Shown: positions 39,562 through 50,355, numbered from the stretch's first letter. The stretch: DNA of 64,000 nucleotides from an uncultured Gammaproteobacteria bacterium (GCA_964612595.1 CAZTFB010000001.1:3058-67057); one strand, 5' to 3'. Translations and numbers: made by a program. The notes: generated by a model not told the origin, from the letters alone.

Positions 39562-40116
39562 TTAAAGTTGTCCTTTGTAGCCTAATGCGTCGAGAACTTT
39601 TCCTAGAGTTTCGAGAGGACCGGATGAATAGGTATCAACTACGAGATCATAATCTTTTGGATTCCAAAAATCATCGGTGCCATAGAGTTCTTTCCATTTC
39701 TCGATATTTTCACCTTCTCGGATGCGAATATAGTCTTTAGCAGTCTCAAGATTCACGTTTTCTCTATTCATAACACGGTCAACTCTCACATCGTCTTTTG
39801 AACATATGACCAAAACCTTTAATACGTCAGGAATTTCTCTTGCAACAAATCCAGAGAGCCATGCCTCATATACAACATGGTGGTCTTCACGCAAGACCTT
39901 TTTTGCTTGCTCCTCCATTGCTCGCTCATGTTCATCCGATCTCTTTGCTGCACCTTGTAAATTTTCGTCATTCCCTTGCTGGCGATCGTATTCTCTTTGC
40001 AGAGCGCCTGCGTTAATATACTTCCAATCCAAAATCTCTGCTACTTTTTTTGCAAGTGTTGTTGAACCAACGCCAATTTTTCCCGATATTGTAATATTTT
40101 TGTAGTTTGTGCTCAT
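39562..40116 (-). CDS. P-loop nucleotide kinase (archaeal-type cytidylate kinase-like)
   Basis: ITISGKIGVGSTTLAKKVAEIL...INAGALQRE. Confidence 0.55.
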   Translation of the reverse strand: MSTNYKNITISGKIGVGSTTLAKKVAEILDWKYINAGALQREYDRQQGNDENLQGAAKRSDEHERAMEEQAKKVLREDHHVVYEAWLSGFVAREIPDVLKVLVICSKDDVRVDRVMNRENVNLETAKDYIRIREGENIEKWKELYGTDDFWNPKDYDLVVDTYSSGPLETLGKVLDALGYKGQL

Positions 40117-41195
40117 AAGCCTTTAAACAACTTAATAATGTCATTAATGGTCACAAGCACGATAAGTGAGAGTAAGAAGGCAAAGCCTATCATATTAAGC
40201 TTTTGTTCTATGCGTGGATTTATTTTTCTTCGTGCTACCATTTCGTATACAATAAGCGCCAGGCGCCCACCGTCGAGCGCGGGGAATGGTAGTATATTGA
40301 TAACAGCAAGGTTAAGCGAAAGTAAACCAATCATCTGTAGTAACGCATCTGTACCCTGTCGTGCTGCAGCTGATGTTAGTCGGGCAATACCAACTGGGCC
40401 AGCAATTTCTGCTTCCTGCTTCTGGAAGGTAATGAATTTAAAGAGCGTCTTCGAAAGCTCTGTAAATATAAGTTTTGTCATGTTCGCAGACTCGACAAGA
40501 CCCAAAACAGGAGCCTCAGTTAAGGAGTATTTCTTTAAGACATAGTTGCTTATAACTAACCCCAATGCCCCTTGGCCTTCGGGTGGGCTTTTGCGAGGCG
40601 TAATCTGGAGGGTTAATGTTTCTGATCCTCGCTCAATACCGAGTTCAATTTCCTGATCACCATGTGCTTTTGCATATGCGGTAAGCTCCTCTGTGGATGT
40701 AATTTTTTTTACTTCATTCTTAAATTCAACAGTTCGAATTTTATCTCCCTTCTGTAATCCAGCCTTTTCTGCCGGTGATTCTTTAACTACACTCTCAACA
40801 GAGACGATATCGCTTGGTACGGGGACTCCTCGAGTAAACAAGTATGAAACAATTGCCCATCCTAGTAAAAAATTACATACAACACCTGCAACTATAACCA
40901 CAATTTTCTGCCAGTTTTTTTTGCGCGAGAATGTTCTGTCAAGATCTGTTTCAGATAGTTTTTTACCGTTAAGTTCTTGTTCTTCTTCGCCTAAAAGTTT
41001 GACAAATCCGCCAAACGGTAGGGCGTTGAGACTATAGAGGGTTTCGCCAATATGAATACCAAATACTCTTGGTGGTAGTCCAAATCCAAACTCCTCTACT
41101 TTAATGCCGTTAATTTTTGCCGCTAAAAAATGTCCAAGTTCATGGATAATGACAAGAATGCTGAGAACAATAAAAAATATTAGTACGGTATACAT
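40113..41195 (-). CDS. rseP: Site-2 (M50) intramembrane zinc metalloprotease with PDZ
   Basis: HELGHF zinc motif, PDZ insert and NILPFPALDGG motif. Confidence 0.9.
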   Translation of the reverse strand: MYTVLIFFIVLSILVIIHELGHFLAAKINGIKVEEFGFGLPPRVFGIHIGETLYSLNALPFGGFVKLLGEEEQELNGKKLSETDLDRTFSRKKNWQKIVVIVAGVVCNFLLGWAIVSYLFTRGVPVPSDIVSVESVVKESPAEKAGLQKGDKIRTVEFKNEVKKITSTEELTAYAKAHGDQEIELGIERGSETLTLQITPRKSPPEGQGALGLVISNYVLKKYSLTEAPVLGLVESANMTKLIFTELSKTLFKFITFQKQEAEIAGPVGIARLTSAAARQGTDALLQMIGLLSLNLAVINILPFPALDGGRLALIVYEMVARRKINPRIEQKLNMIGFAFLLSLIVLVTINDIIKLFKGL

Positions 41196-41205
41196 AGTAA
41201 AGATG

Positions 41206-41772
41206 TTATAGACTCATAATTTCTTCCTGTTTCTTTTTTTTCAGATCATCGAGAGCATCAGAAAACTCTTTAGTTTTTACGTCAATACTTTTTTCTATGC
41301 GAAATTTATCATCTTCAGTTATGGCTTTATCGTCAAGAAGGGTTTTTATACCTTTTCTTGCATGATCACGGTGATAGCGAATATTATTCTTAGTTTCCTC
41401 AACTTTTTGATTGACTAACTTAGCGAACTTTTCACGTTGTTCAGTCGTGAGTGGTGGTGTGATAATACGAATCATCTTTCCCTCCACGCGTGGACTTAGT
41501 TGCAGTGGTGACGTAAGAAATGCTTTTTCGATGTCTTGTACGGTGGAAGGATCAAATGGATCGATTAAAATGGCAGAAGGTCCGTCTGTGGCGATACTCG
41601 CAAGTTCCTTTAAGCGCATTTTCATCTGACCACCATACGTAAGAACCTCAAGGTCCTCTACGAGCGATGGGCTTGATTTCCCCGTGCGGATTTGACGAAG
41701 ATCTTCTGAAAGTTGTGCTGTGGCACGCTGGGATTGTGAGCTAAATTCTTGTTCGATTGATTGGATATCCAT
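41206..41772 (-). CDS. frr: Ribosome recycling factor
   Basis: LRQIRTGKSSPSLVEDLEV... Start set at MDIQS (ATG 41772), which avoids overlap with tsf. Confidence 0.88.
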   Translation of the reverse strand: MDIQSIEQEFSSQSQRATAQLSEDLRQIRTGKSSPSLVEDLEVLTYGGQMKMRLKELASIATDGPSAILIDPFDPSTVQDIEKAFLTSPLQLSPRVEGKMIRIITPPLTTEQREKFAKLVNQKVEETKNNIRYHRDHARKGIKTLLDDKAITEDDKFRIEKSIDVKTKEFSDALDDLKKKKQEEIMSL

Positions 41773-41788
41773 AGATAGACCAATTGTA

Positions 41789-42238
41789 TCAGATTTCGAA
41801 TCGGACAAACTCACCAAGTGCTATATTTTCTCCAATCTTTAGGATGTCGTTCTTTATTAACTGTTCAACCGTTAAACTAGGATCTTTAATAAACGGTGTT
41901 GTCATAAGAGAATCCTTGTCACTTGGATTCGTTGACGCGATATGCATTGCGATATCACCGCCAAGCTTCTTAAAATCCTCATTCATTGCGACAAAATCAG
42001 TTTCACACAGAAGTGTTACCATTGCACCAATGCGTTTATTATGGTGAATATAGGTAAAGATTGCACCCTGACCTGTTTCTCTATCTGATTTTTTTTCTGC
42101 AACTTCAGCACCTTTCTTTTTTAGAAATTCTCGTGCTTTTGCCATGTCACCTTCGGCCTCTGTAAGTGCCTGACTGCACATCGCGTAAGAAACACCTGTT
42201 TCTTCACGAAGTTGTTTGATTTTTTCTATGTCTTTCAT
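41789..42238 (-). CDS. tsf: Elongation factor Ts (short, 149 aa)
   Basis: IKQLREETGVSYAMCSQAL UBA-like N-terminus plus the core TDFVA. Conserved rpsB-tsf-frr order. Confidence 0.85.
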   Translation of the reverse strand: MKDIEKIKQLREETGVSYAMCSQALTEAEGDMAKAREFLKKKGAEVAEKKSDRETGQGAIFTYIHHNKRIGAMVTLLCETDFVAMNEDFKKLGGDIAMHIASTNPSDKDSLMTTPFIKDPSLTVEQLIKNDILKIGENIALGEFVRFEI

Positions 42239-42963
42239 GCTTTTTTCTTTTTTTCTTCACTTTTAACAGCTGAGACTTCTCCCTTTGTTCGTGCGTCTGC
42301 GTAGCTTTTGATAATGGCCTCTGAAACATATTTTATGCTAAGTACCGCATCATCATTCGCTGGGATAGGATACGCAATGTGCTCAGGGTTGACGTTTGTA
42401 TCAACAATGGCAATTGATGAAATACCCCTTTGATGTGCTTCAATGACTGCGTTGTGTTCTTTGCGGATATCAACAATAAAAAGCGCATCGGGTAGAGCTG
42501 TTAATGTTGCGACACCGCCGTAGATGGTCTCAATTCTGTGAAGTTTTTTGTGTTCAGCTGTACGTTCATGCTTAGGCATATCTGCCCAGCCGCCTGATGC
42601 TTCGGCTTCGCGCATGGTATTCATTTTTTGAATATTCTTTAAAACTTGGTCGAAGTTTGTGAGGAATCCTCCAACCCATTTGTTGGTCATATAAGGAACA
42701 TTGTTTTCTTTACATATCTCTGTAACAATCTCACGAGCTCCCCTCTTTGAGGCAACAATAAGAAGTGTTTTATTTTCTTTTCCAAGCTCGGCTGCATATG
42801 CCTTTGCTTTATCAAGCAACTCTGCTGTTTGGAATAGATCGATAATTGAGACGCCTTTTTCAATACTATGAATATAGCGCTTTGATTTTGGATGAATTTT
42901 ATTCTTTTTATGGCCTAAATGAAGACCATAGGTTAGCAGTTCAGATGGATCTGTACTTTTCAT
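42235..42963 (-). CDS. rpsB: Ribosomal protein S2
   Basis: LLTYGLHLGHKKNKIHPK... S2 signature. Its stop overlaps the tsf start. Confidence 0.92.
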   Translation of the reverse strand: MKSTDPSELLTYGLHLGHKKNKIHPKSKRYIHSIEKGVSIIDLFQTAELLDKAKAYAAELGKENKTLLIVASKRGAREIVTEICKENNVPYMTNKWVGGFLTNFDQVLKNIQKMNTMREAEASGGWADMPKHERTAEHKKLHRIETIYGGVATLTALPDALFIVDIRKEHNAVIEAHQRGISSIAIVDTNVNPEHIAYPIPANDDAVLSIKYVSEAIIKSYADARTKGEVSAVKSEEKKKKA

Positions 42964-43063
42964 AGGTATATCTCCTTAATAATAAATCTGTTTTCAAATC
43001 CGCGTACGGACAGGAGATACGTGAAAACAGGAATGCTTTAGATAAACAATTACACGTATTATA

Positions 43064-43954
43064 TCATAAGGAAATGCCTTTTAGGAAGTCCCTAAGATCG
43101 TCTTTTATTTCTTCGTGTTCAAGACCAAGCTCGATTATTGTTTTCATATATTCAAGCTTATTTCCTGTGTCATAGTACTTAGCGTCTTCTATTTCTTTTG
43201 CATACACGTCTTGTCCTCTTTCTCTAAGAAGATTAAGAGCATCAGTATATACATATTCCCCACCATGACCAACCATTTTATTTTTAATCATATGGTCTAT
43301 GCAATCAAAAATCTCTGGGGTAAATATGTAGCCAGAAATTATTGCCATATCTGAGGGCATATTGTCTGGACCGGGTTTTTCGATAATGTCTGAAACTTTG
43401 TAGACACCTTTATCGACTTCTTGTCCTGCAACGTAGCCATATCTTTTTGAGTCTTCAGGAGTTGGCTTTCGCATGGACGAAAGAACAGAAGCGCCATATG
43501 TCTCATATGCCTCAATTAACTGTCGTGCACGACTTTTCGGGCGCGAAATAATAAAATCATCGCCAAAAAGTACCATAAACGGCTCATCACCAATTATATT
43601 TCGCGCGTTCCATATTGGTGTTGCATTACCCAAAGGTCCCTTTTGACGGATATAAATAAAATTCGCCATCTCAGCAACGCTTTTAACGACCTCCACCTGT
43701 TTTTCTTTTCCAGATTCTTGAAGACGCATTATGAGTTCATAAGGATAGTCAAAATGATCTTCAATTGAGCGCTTGTTCCAGCCAGTAACAATAACAATAT
43801 CTTCTATGCCAGCCTCAACAGCCTCTTCAACGACATACTGAATGACAGGCTTATCGACAATAGGAAGCATCTCTTTAGGCATAGCCTTAGTTTGAGGGAG
43901 AAAGCGAGTACCAAACCCAGCTGCAGGAATAACTGCTTTAGTGATCTTTTTCAT
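43064..43954 (-). CDS. galU: UTP--glucose-1-phosphate uridylyltransferase
   Basis: KAVIPAAGFGTRFLPQTKAMPKEMLPIVDKP. Confidence 0.9.
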   Translation of the reverse strand: MKKITKAVIPAAGFGTRFLPQTKAMPKEMLPIVDKPVIQYVVEEAVEAGIEDIVIVTGWNKRSIEDHFDYPYELIMRLQESGKEKQVEVVKSVAEMANFIYIRQKGPLGNATPIWNARNIIGDEPFMVLFGDDFIISRPKSRARQLIEAYETYGASVLSSMRKPTPEDSKRYGYVAGQEVDKGVYKVSDIIEKPGPDNMPSDMAIISGYIFTPEIFDCIDHMIKNKMVGHGGEYVYTDALNLLRERGQDVYAKEIEDAKYYDTGNKLEYMKTIIELGLEHEEIKDDLRDFLKGISL

Positions 43955-43959
43955 AAGTT

Positions 43960-44349
43960 TTATTGGGTAAATTGACAGCTAACTTGCGTAGGGATCTGAA
44001 AGAGGCCGGTAACTTGAGCAGTAAGATTGCCTGATCCAGGCGTGTTTGAAGTTACAACAACTTCTGCAATGCCTGATTCATTCGTGGTTGCACATGGGGG
44101 ATTTACTGTTCCTTGCGTACTATTAACACAAACTTCTTTATTTGGCACTCCCTTTTGGGCGTCATCACGGACAATAACATTAACTGTACACTCATTGCCT
44201 TTCGATGATACGATCATAAACGACTGTACAGCGACAGGTATTTGGTCGGCTGCTCGTATTTGGCGTCCTTCACTGTGAAGAATGACTGATGCAAAGGCAG
44301 AAAGTACGAGGAAAAATACGAGGACCAGGAATGACAATTTTTTATCCAT
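43960..44349 (-). CDS. Small secreted Ig-like (Big-type) domain protein
   Basis: Signal/anchor followed by a single beta-rich domain (GIAEVVVTSNTPGSGNLTAQV). Confidence 0.5.
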   Translation of the reverse strand: MDKKLSFLVLVFFLVLSAFASVILHSEGRQIRAADQIPVAVQSFMIVSSKGNECTVNVIVRDDAQKGVPNKEVCVNSTQGTVNPPCATTNESGIAEVVVTSNTPGSGNLTAQVTGLFQIPTQVSCQFTQ

Positions 44350-44372
44350 TCTTCAAGTTAGAATAACACATT

Positions 44373-45479
44373 CTATATAAATGTCAACTTTGAGAGTAAA
44401 ATACGATGAATTTCATCAATACTGAGGAGTTTACCATCAACTGTGCAATTGATCTGAATCCACCCCTTCTCTTTTGCAAGCTGCAGATACATCTTCTCTG
44501 CGGCTCGACGATGTTTCATATCTTCCTCCTGAATATCGTTCGCTTTTCCATTTAAGTAGGCTCGAGCATCCTTATTCTTTGTAAGTTCGTAGCCAATTTC
44601 CCAAGGAACATAGAGATAGACAACGGCGTCCTCTTTAGGAATTTTCAATACTTTATATTCAAGCTCATATACCCAGTCCAAATACTTTTTTCTATCAGCT
44701 GATGAAGCTATTTTAGCTGACTGATGTGCCATATTCGATGTCGCATAGCGATTTGCTATGATGATGCCACCTTTTGCAAGGAACTCTTCCATTTCTTCTC
44801 TAACTGAGGCGCGGTCGAGGGCGTAAGGTAAAGACGCGAGATATGGTGAGACCGCATCGAGTTGTCCAAACTCGCCTCTAAGGAACATGGCAACTGTCTT
44901 GCCTGAAAATGACGAGTAGTATTGAGGAAAATCGACAGATTTTACCTTAAATTTCTTTTTTTTAAGATAATCGATTAATAATTTTGCTTGTGTTGCTTTT
45001 CCCGAACCATCACCGCCATCAATTACTATCAATTTTCCTTTCTTTTGCTTGGACTTCTTTGTATGATCAATAAAATTCTGAAGCTTAATATGAATATTCT
45101 CTAACGTGTAGTGTTCGAGATATAGATTATCTGATGTATTTCCTTGTAACATTGGGGAAATTTCATCTTCCTGTTCCTCAAAAATAAGTGCAAGAACTGG
45201 CTTTTTTTGGATAAGGCTATAAACGATTTCTCCACCAACACCTGTTGATGGCTGTGTTACTTCGGCAATAACAACGTCTGCTTTGTTTATGAGTGATTTC
45301 TCTCGAGCAAAAATTTTCTCGCTTGATAGCCTTTTGTCTTGAGAAAGCAGGGATTTACTGAGTATTTGTTTACCAGAAATAATGTTTACCTCAGGTATTT
45401 TCTCGAGTTTTTGCAAAATAGTTCGATAATTCTTTTTGTAGGTATCCTGTGATGTTGTTGCTGTGAAATAGATTTTCAT
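44373..45479 (-). CDS. tmk: Fusion of a nucleoside 2-deoxyribosyltransferase-like N-domain with thymidylate kinase
   Basis: N-terminal ~150 aa reads IYFTA...ADVVIAEVTQPSTGVGGEI (NDT-like Rossmann). C-terminal part reads IVIDGGDGSGKATQ...DRY-like Tmk. Confidence 0.7.
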   Translation of the reverse strand: MKIYFTATTSQDTYKKNYRTILQKLEKIPEVNIISGKQILSKSLLSQDKRLSSEKIFAREKSLINKADVVIAEVTQPSTGVGGEIVYSLIQKKPVLALIFEEQEDEISPMLQGNTSDNLYLEHYTLENIHIKLQNFIDHTKKSKQKKGKLIVIDGGDGSGKATQAKLLIDYLKKKKFKVKSVDFPQYYSSFSGKTVAMFLRGEFGQLDAVSPYLASLPYALDRASVREEMEEFLAKGGIIIANRYATSNMAHQSAKIASSADRKKYLDWVYELEYKVLKIPKEDAVVYLYVPWEIGYELTKNKDARAYLNGKANDIQEEDMKHRRAAEKMYLQLAKEKGWIQINCTVDGKLLSIDEIHRILLSKLTFI

Positions 45480-45481
45480 TG

Positions 45482-47722
45482 TTAAAACAAAAGAGTTCGA
45501 TTTTTTAAATTGGGAGAGGACAACAAGATTTTTGCTATTTTCCCCTCTACTTCGTTTTGAATAATTCTTTGCATATTTCTTGCTCCAAAGCGAGCATCAT
45601 ACCCCTGTTTAATTAAATTGTCAATAAAGGTATGTGAGAATTCGATGGTGAGACCATGTGTTTTAAGCATATCTGCTTTCAATATGTTAAGCAGCCGCTG
45701 CGCGATTTCATAGACAGCATCAGCTTGCAGCGGCCTATATACAATAACGCCGTCGAAACGGTTCAAAAACTCAGGAGAGAATATATGTTGAGCCACTAGA
45801 TAATCAATGAGTTTTTTTGATAGTGTGCGGTTAATTCCTTCTGGGTCGTTAGTAGTTAGTGCTTGGTAAATAAAGTCTGCACCCGCATTTGATGTTGCGA
45901 CTACAACAAGGTGGGTGCAGTCAACCCTATTGCCAAACCCGTCTGTAAAGTAACCTTCATCAAGAACTGTTAAAAATATGTTGAGAAGATCTTTATGAGC
46001 CTTCTCGAGCTCATCAAGCAACAGGGTACCATATTTTTGTTGGCGAACTGCTTGTGAAAGTAAGCCTGGTTCACCCGTCTGCGAGGAGCCTATTAGTGTA
46101 GCAATGCCTTCAATAGTTTGATATGTCGACATATCAAATCTCATCATATTTTGTTCATGTTCAAATAATATCTGTGTTAATGCTTTTGCCGTCTCTGTCT
46201 TACCTACACCCGTTGGACCTAAAAATAGAAATGAACTAATTGGTTTTTTATGGCTTCCCACGAGTACAAACGATTTTCTCAATGTAGCAGCGATTTCAGT
46301 AATAGCCTCATGTTGGCTGACGACCCGCTTATGGAGTTCCTGCTCAACACCGAGGAGTTTTTGTTTGAAGGATGCGCTCAATTCTGTTGGAATATGGGTA
46401 ATATTTTCAAGCACTTCATTAACATGTCGTGATGCTACAATTTTTTCTTTTTTTTGTTGAGTAAGTACACATGCCTGATCGAGCAATTTTATGGCTTTCT
46501 CAGGATATGGTCGATCGCTTATATACATCCCCGATTGTACAACAGCTTGTTTTACTGCCTCATATGTAATGAAAAGCTTATAGCGCTTCTCGAACTCAAG
46601 CGCCTCATCGAGGAGAATAGAAAGTGTCTCATCTTGCGTCACTTCTTGTATATCTACTTTCTCAAAATAGTTAGTGACGCTTTTGTTTCCCTGTATAAAT
46701 TTTTGATAGTGATATGGTGTGGTTATGCCAATAAATTGAAGAGTTGGTAGCTGTGCATATTTTTCAAACACTGGTGTAAAGTCAACGTCACCCGCTTCTT
46801 CTGATATATAGCGCTCAAAGTTATCGATGAGCAAAATAACATTTTTTGCTTGTACTGCTTCCTGAAATAGTTCAGACAAAAACTCCTGACGCGCTATGGC
46901 ATCAGTTTTTTCAGCGAGAATTTTTTCCATATTTAAATGAAGTATGCGTTTGAAGGCAAGAAGTGGAATTGAGCGACCTTCATAAATTGCTTTACCGAGA
47001 GCCTCAACCACAGTCTTTCTTCCCGTTCCTGGCTGTCCTGCAATTATCGCATTAGATTCAGCTGATTTGGATAAAATTTGTTGCAATACATTAATTTCTT
47101 TTGTGCGACCAATTAAATGCACATAATGAGGTTTCATTTTTGTAAACTCCTCCGCGTAATTATCAAGATGTGGGGTGTATCCAGCAGTAAGATCTCTTCC
47201 AAGAGGCAGCTGTTTCATTAGCATTTCAAGGGACCACCAAGGCTTCTGGCGCGATGCAGAGTAATAGGCTGTGAACCATGCCTCTACCGCCTTTGTGTCT
47301 TCGGTATCAGCTAAATGTGCCTTCATAAACTGTGTGAATAGTTGCTTTTTTTGTTCCTCCTCGGTTGATCTACCCAGGTAGAATGCATACTGTAAGGGTA
47401 AAAATAAAAAGAAACACAGATAGGCAAATGGGAGAATAATCAGAAATAGTATTTGAATGGTAAGATATGCTGACACAATACTCGAACGAACAAGAAACCC
47501 CATAAGTCGAGAAACAAAATTATCCATTGAGCGCTGGAAAACTTCGTTAAAAGAGAATCCTGGTGTTTTTTTTACAGTAATTATATTTTTCCACGGTTGA
47601 AAAAGCGTTTTGAGAAGATACTCCACCGAGAAAAAGTGTGGCATCCACATAAATAGATTAACCACAGCGGTATTAAAATCACTCAGCCTTTCCTGCAGAA
47701 ACTGATTGAACGGGACATGCAT
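45482..47722 (-). CDS. Membrane-anchored Clp/Hsp100-like AAA+ ATPase (two AAA modules)
   Basis: N-terminal hydrophobic helices. The D1 P-loop is atypical (GQPGTGRKT). D2 reads GPTGVGKTETAKAL, with ARNMQRIIQ in the sensor region. Confidence 0.7.
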   Translation of the reverse strand: MHVPFNQFLQERLSDFNTAVVNLFMWMPHFFSVEYLLKTLFQPWKNIITVKKTPGFSFNEVFQRSMDNFVSRLMGFLVRSSIVSAYLTIQILFLIILPFAYLCFFLFLPLQYAFYLGRSTEEEQKKQLFTQFMKAHLADTEDTKAVEAWFTAYYSASRQKPWWSLEMLMKQLPLGRDLTAGYTPHLDNYAEEFTKMKPHYVHLIGRTKEINVLQQILSKSAESNAIIAGQPGTGRKTVVEALGKAIYEGRSIPLLAFKRILHLNMEKILAEKTDAIARQEFLSELFQEAVQAKNVILLIDNFERYISEEAGDVDFTPVFEKYAQLPTLQFIGITTPYHYQKFIQGNKSVTNYFEKVDIQEVTQDETLSILLDEALEFEKRYKLFITYEAVKQAVVQSGMYISDRPYPEKAIKLLDQACVLTQQKKEKIVASRHVNEVLENITHIPTELSASFKQKLLGVEQELHKRVVSQHEAITEIAATLRKSFVLVGSHKKPISSFLFLGPTGVGKTETAKALTQILFEHEQNMMRFDMSTYQTIEGIATLIGSSQTGEPGLLSQAVRQQKYGTLLLDELEKAHKDLLNIFLTVLDEGYFTDGFGNRVDCTHLVVVATSNAGADFIYQALTTNDPEGINRTLSKKLIDYLVAQHIFSPEFLNRFDGVIVYRPLQADAVYEIAQRLLNILKADMLKTHGLTIEFSHTFIDNLIKQGYDARFGARNMQRIIQNEVEGKIAKILLSSPNLKNRTLLF

Positions 47723-47756
47723 GATATTTCAGTATAGCTAATTTTGAGAATGTCTG

Positions 47757-48254
47757 CTAGTTTCGCGTAAGTTCAATCCACGAGAATCCGAGACCATTTT
47801 CCTGATCTTCGATGCGGGAAGTTTCAGTGAATTGAGTTTTATATGAGGGGAAAAAGGCGTCACATTCATATTGTCTTTGCACCTCGGTAATGTAGAGTTT
47901 GTCAGCTATCGGTAGTGCAGATGTATAGAGCTGTGCGCCACCTATAATGAATACTTCTTTAAAATGCTCCTGCACTGCAATAGCGATAGCCTCTTGAAGA
48001 GATGAGGCAGATAACACATTTCCGTATGCAGGCATATTTCTTGATGTGATAACAATATTTAATCGATCCGGAAGTGGTTTATTCAGTCGATTCACAATTG
48101 AGTCAAACGTATTTCTCCCCATAATAACAGGTTTACCAAGGGTGATTTTTTTAAAGTGTTGTAGATCTTTAGAAATATGCCAAGGTAAATCATTATTAAT
48201 GCCAATACCTAGATTTTTATCGTGAGCCGCAATCATGATGATCGTAGGTTTCAT
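47757..48254 (-). CDS. folA: Dihydrofolate reductase
   Basis: [10 protein letters not shown]...GRNTF...IIGGAQLY. Confidence 0.9.
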   Translation of the reverse strand: MKPTIIMIAAHDKNLGIGINNDLPWHISKDLQHFKKITLGKPVIMGRNTFDSIVNRLNKPLPDRLNIVITSRNMPAYGNVLSASSLQEAIAIAVQEHFKEVFIIGGAQLYTSALPIADKLYITEVQRQYECDAFFPSYKTQFTETSRIEDQENGLGFSWIELTRN

Positions 48255-49174
48255 ACAGCAACCGGTGCCTTTATGGCCGGATAAGGATCATAATTCTCAA
48301 GCGCAAAGTCTTCAAGTTTAAATTTAAAGATGTTGTTTACCTTTGGATTAATGCGCATGCGCGGCATTTTTTTTGGTGTGCGACGTAGCTGTTCTTTGAC
48401 TTGTTCCATATGGTTGATATAGATATGTGCGTCGCCGAATGTATGGACAAAATCACCAAGTTTTAGATTGCAGACATGTGCGACCATCATAGTGAGTAGT
48501 GCGTATGAGGCAATATTAAACGGAACACCTAAAAACATATCTGCACTTCTCTGATACAGCTGGCAGGAAAGTTTGCCATCTTTAGAAACATAAAACTGGA
48601 ACAGTGAATGGCAAGGCGGAAGTCCAGCTTTCGCCATCTCATCGATATCGGCGACATTCCAGGCACTCACAATGAGCCGTCGGTCATGAGGTGTTTTCTT
48701 TATTTTTTCGATGACCTGAGTAATCTGATCAATAGGCTTTCCATGAGGCGTTCTCCATTTTCTCCACTGAACGCCGTAGACAGGACCTAACTCTCCCCAT
48801 TTTTTTGCAAACCGACCATTCGATTTAATATTTTCAAGAAATTCATCCATATCCAGGGGTTTTTGACCCTTTTTTTCAAGTGTTTCTTTATAGTGTCTGT
48901 ATGGCCAAGAGTCCCAGATATGGACATTGTTGTCGACAAGATACTTTATATTCGAGTCCCCTTTTAGAAACCATAGAAGCTCGACAATTATTCCTCTGAG
49001 GAAAAGTTTTTTTGTGGTAAGAAGTGGAAAGCCCTTGCTAAGATCAAAACGAAGTTGTCTGCCAAATACGCTTATAGTACCTGTATTGGTGCGATCATCC
49101 TTAAATTCATTTACCGAAATGATATCTTTTAACAAATCTAAATATGCTTGTTCAGATGGATTCGTGATTTTCAT
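48251..49174 (-). CDS. thyA: Thymidylate synthase (ThyA type)
   Basis: DRTNTGT...LPPCH...[17 protein letters not shown]. Confidence 0.93.
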   Translation of the reverse strand: MKITNPSEQAYLDLLKDIISVNEFKDDRTNTGTISVFGRQLRFDLSKGFPLLTTKKLFLRGIIVELLWFLKGDSNIKYLVDNNVHIWDSWPYRHYKETLEKKGQKPLDMDEFLENIKSNGRFAKKWGELGPVYGVQWRKWRTPHGKPIDQITQVIEKIKKTPHDRRLIVSAWNVADIDEMAKAGLPPCHSLFQFYVSKDGKLSCQLYQRSADMFLGVPFNIASYALLTMMVAHVCNLKLGDFVHTFGDAHIYINHMEQVKEQLRRTPKKMPRMRINPKVNNIFKFKLEDFALENYDPYPAIKAPVAV

Positions 49175-49614
49175 GAAGCGTGACCTCCCGTTGAGCCAAA
49201 TCCCCCACGGGAAACTTCTGACATTGACTCGTGTTGCACAAATTCCTCTACTTTATCGATTTTGATCAGCATACCTTGAGCAATGCGTTCTCCTTTTTCT
49301 ACTTTTACCGGCTCCTGTGAAAAGTTTACTACTTGCAGTTTAATTTCGTCGTCATCTCCGCAATAATCCTGATCGATAATGCCAATGCTATTAGCTACCA
49401 TGAGATTTTTTTTGAGCGGGAGCGAGCTACGTGCAGCAAGCAAAAAAAAGTATCCTGGTGGCGTTTTAACAATTATATTAAGTGGAATGAGGGTTGGTTT
49501 TCCTGGTTCAACAATGGTTTCCTCACGAACATAAAGATCAAAAGCTACTGCGCCGTCCGTTTGGTACTCGGGAGCTGGAAGTGTTGTATCAATAAGTTTT
49601 ATGTCTAATTTCAT
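49171..49614 (-). CDS. dut: dUTP diphosphatase
   Basis: GAVAFDL...RSSL...GIIDQDY...RGGFGSTG. Confidence 0.9.
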   Translation of the reverse strand: MKLDIKLIDTTLPAPEYQTDGAVAFDLYVREETIVEPGKPTLIPLNIIVKTPPGYFFLLAARSSLPLKKNLMVANSIGIIDQDYCGDDDEIKLQVVNFSQEPVKVEKGERIAQGMLIKIDKVEEFVQHESMSEVSRGGFGSTGGHAS

Positions 49615-50180
49615 AGATCTTCAGTTATCTTACTGACTGTCGGACCCTTTTGGTTATTGTACTTAGCATTTTTTTTCATGTGGTAGGGAACTTCTGCTGG
49701 TGACGATAGCTCCTCAAAAGATATGGCACAAATGCGCATGCCTGGATAGAGAGCAACGGGCATTGAGCCGATATTACCGAGCTCAAGCGTGAGTTGTCCG
49801 CGAAAACCTGGATCAAAGTGTGGCGCGGTTGAATGTATGACAATCCCAAGTCTACCGAGGGATGAACGACCTTCAACGCGACCCACTAAATTATCAGGAA
49901 GCTCAATATGCTCAACTGTTGAGCCAAGTACAAATGCGTTTGTTTGCATAATAAATCGTTCACCATCCTTTACGGTTACTTTTCTGACGGGCATGTCAAT
50001 ATCTTTATTCATAGGGTCAAGAAAAGGCATTTTTGAATATTCAAAGACATAAAAATCGTTTGAGAGATGGAGATCGATGGAAAAGCTTGAGATGTGGTTG
50101 TCCTCAGGCTGAGGGTCAAGAATGATACTTTTGTCGTGGAGTTTCTTTTTTATGTCGCGATCTGAGAGAACCATGGCCAT
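49611..50180 (-). CDS. dcd: dCTP deaminase
   Basis: LSDRDI...EGRSSLGRLGI..H..A..DPGF.G.LTLE. Confidence 0.9.
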   Translation of the reverse strand: MAMVLSDRDIKKKLHDKSIILDPQPEDNHISSFSIDLHLSNDFYVFEYSKMPFLDPMNKDIDMPVRKVTVKDGERFIMQTNAFVLGSTVEHIELPDNLVGRVEGRSSLGRLGIVIHSTAPHFDPGFRGQLTLELGNIGSMPVALYPGMRICAISFEELSSPAEVPYHMKKNAKYNNQKGPTVSKITEDL

Positions 50181-50237
50181 GAGTATACAGGAGTGATGGG
50201 TACGTTTTCCACAGGAATTTCAAATATGTTGCTTTCA

Positions 50238-50266
50238 TTGCATTTTGTTTCTCTCACCACTATAAT
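50238..50266 (+). promoter_or_regulatory. Consensus-like promoter for tRNA-Ile
   Basis: TTGCAT (50238-50243), a 17-nt spacer, and TATAAT (50261-50266), 15 nt upstream of the tRNA. Confidence 0.6.
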
Positions 50267-50281
50267 TGGACTGTTGTGAAT

Positions 50282-50355
50282 GGGTGTGTAGCTCAGCTGG
50301 TTAGAGCGCAGTCCTGATAAGACTGAGGTCCATGGTTCGAGTCCATGCACACCCA
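50282..50355 (+). tRNA. tRNA-Ile (anticodon GAU), CCA not encoded
   Basis: GGGTGTG/CACACCC acceptor, GCTC...GAGC D-arm, CAGTC-CTGATAA-GACTG anticodon arm, CATGG-TTCGAGT-CCATG T-arm. Confidence 0.93.
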
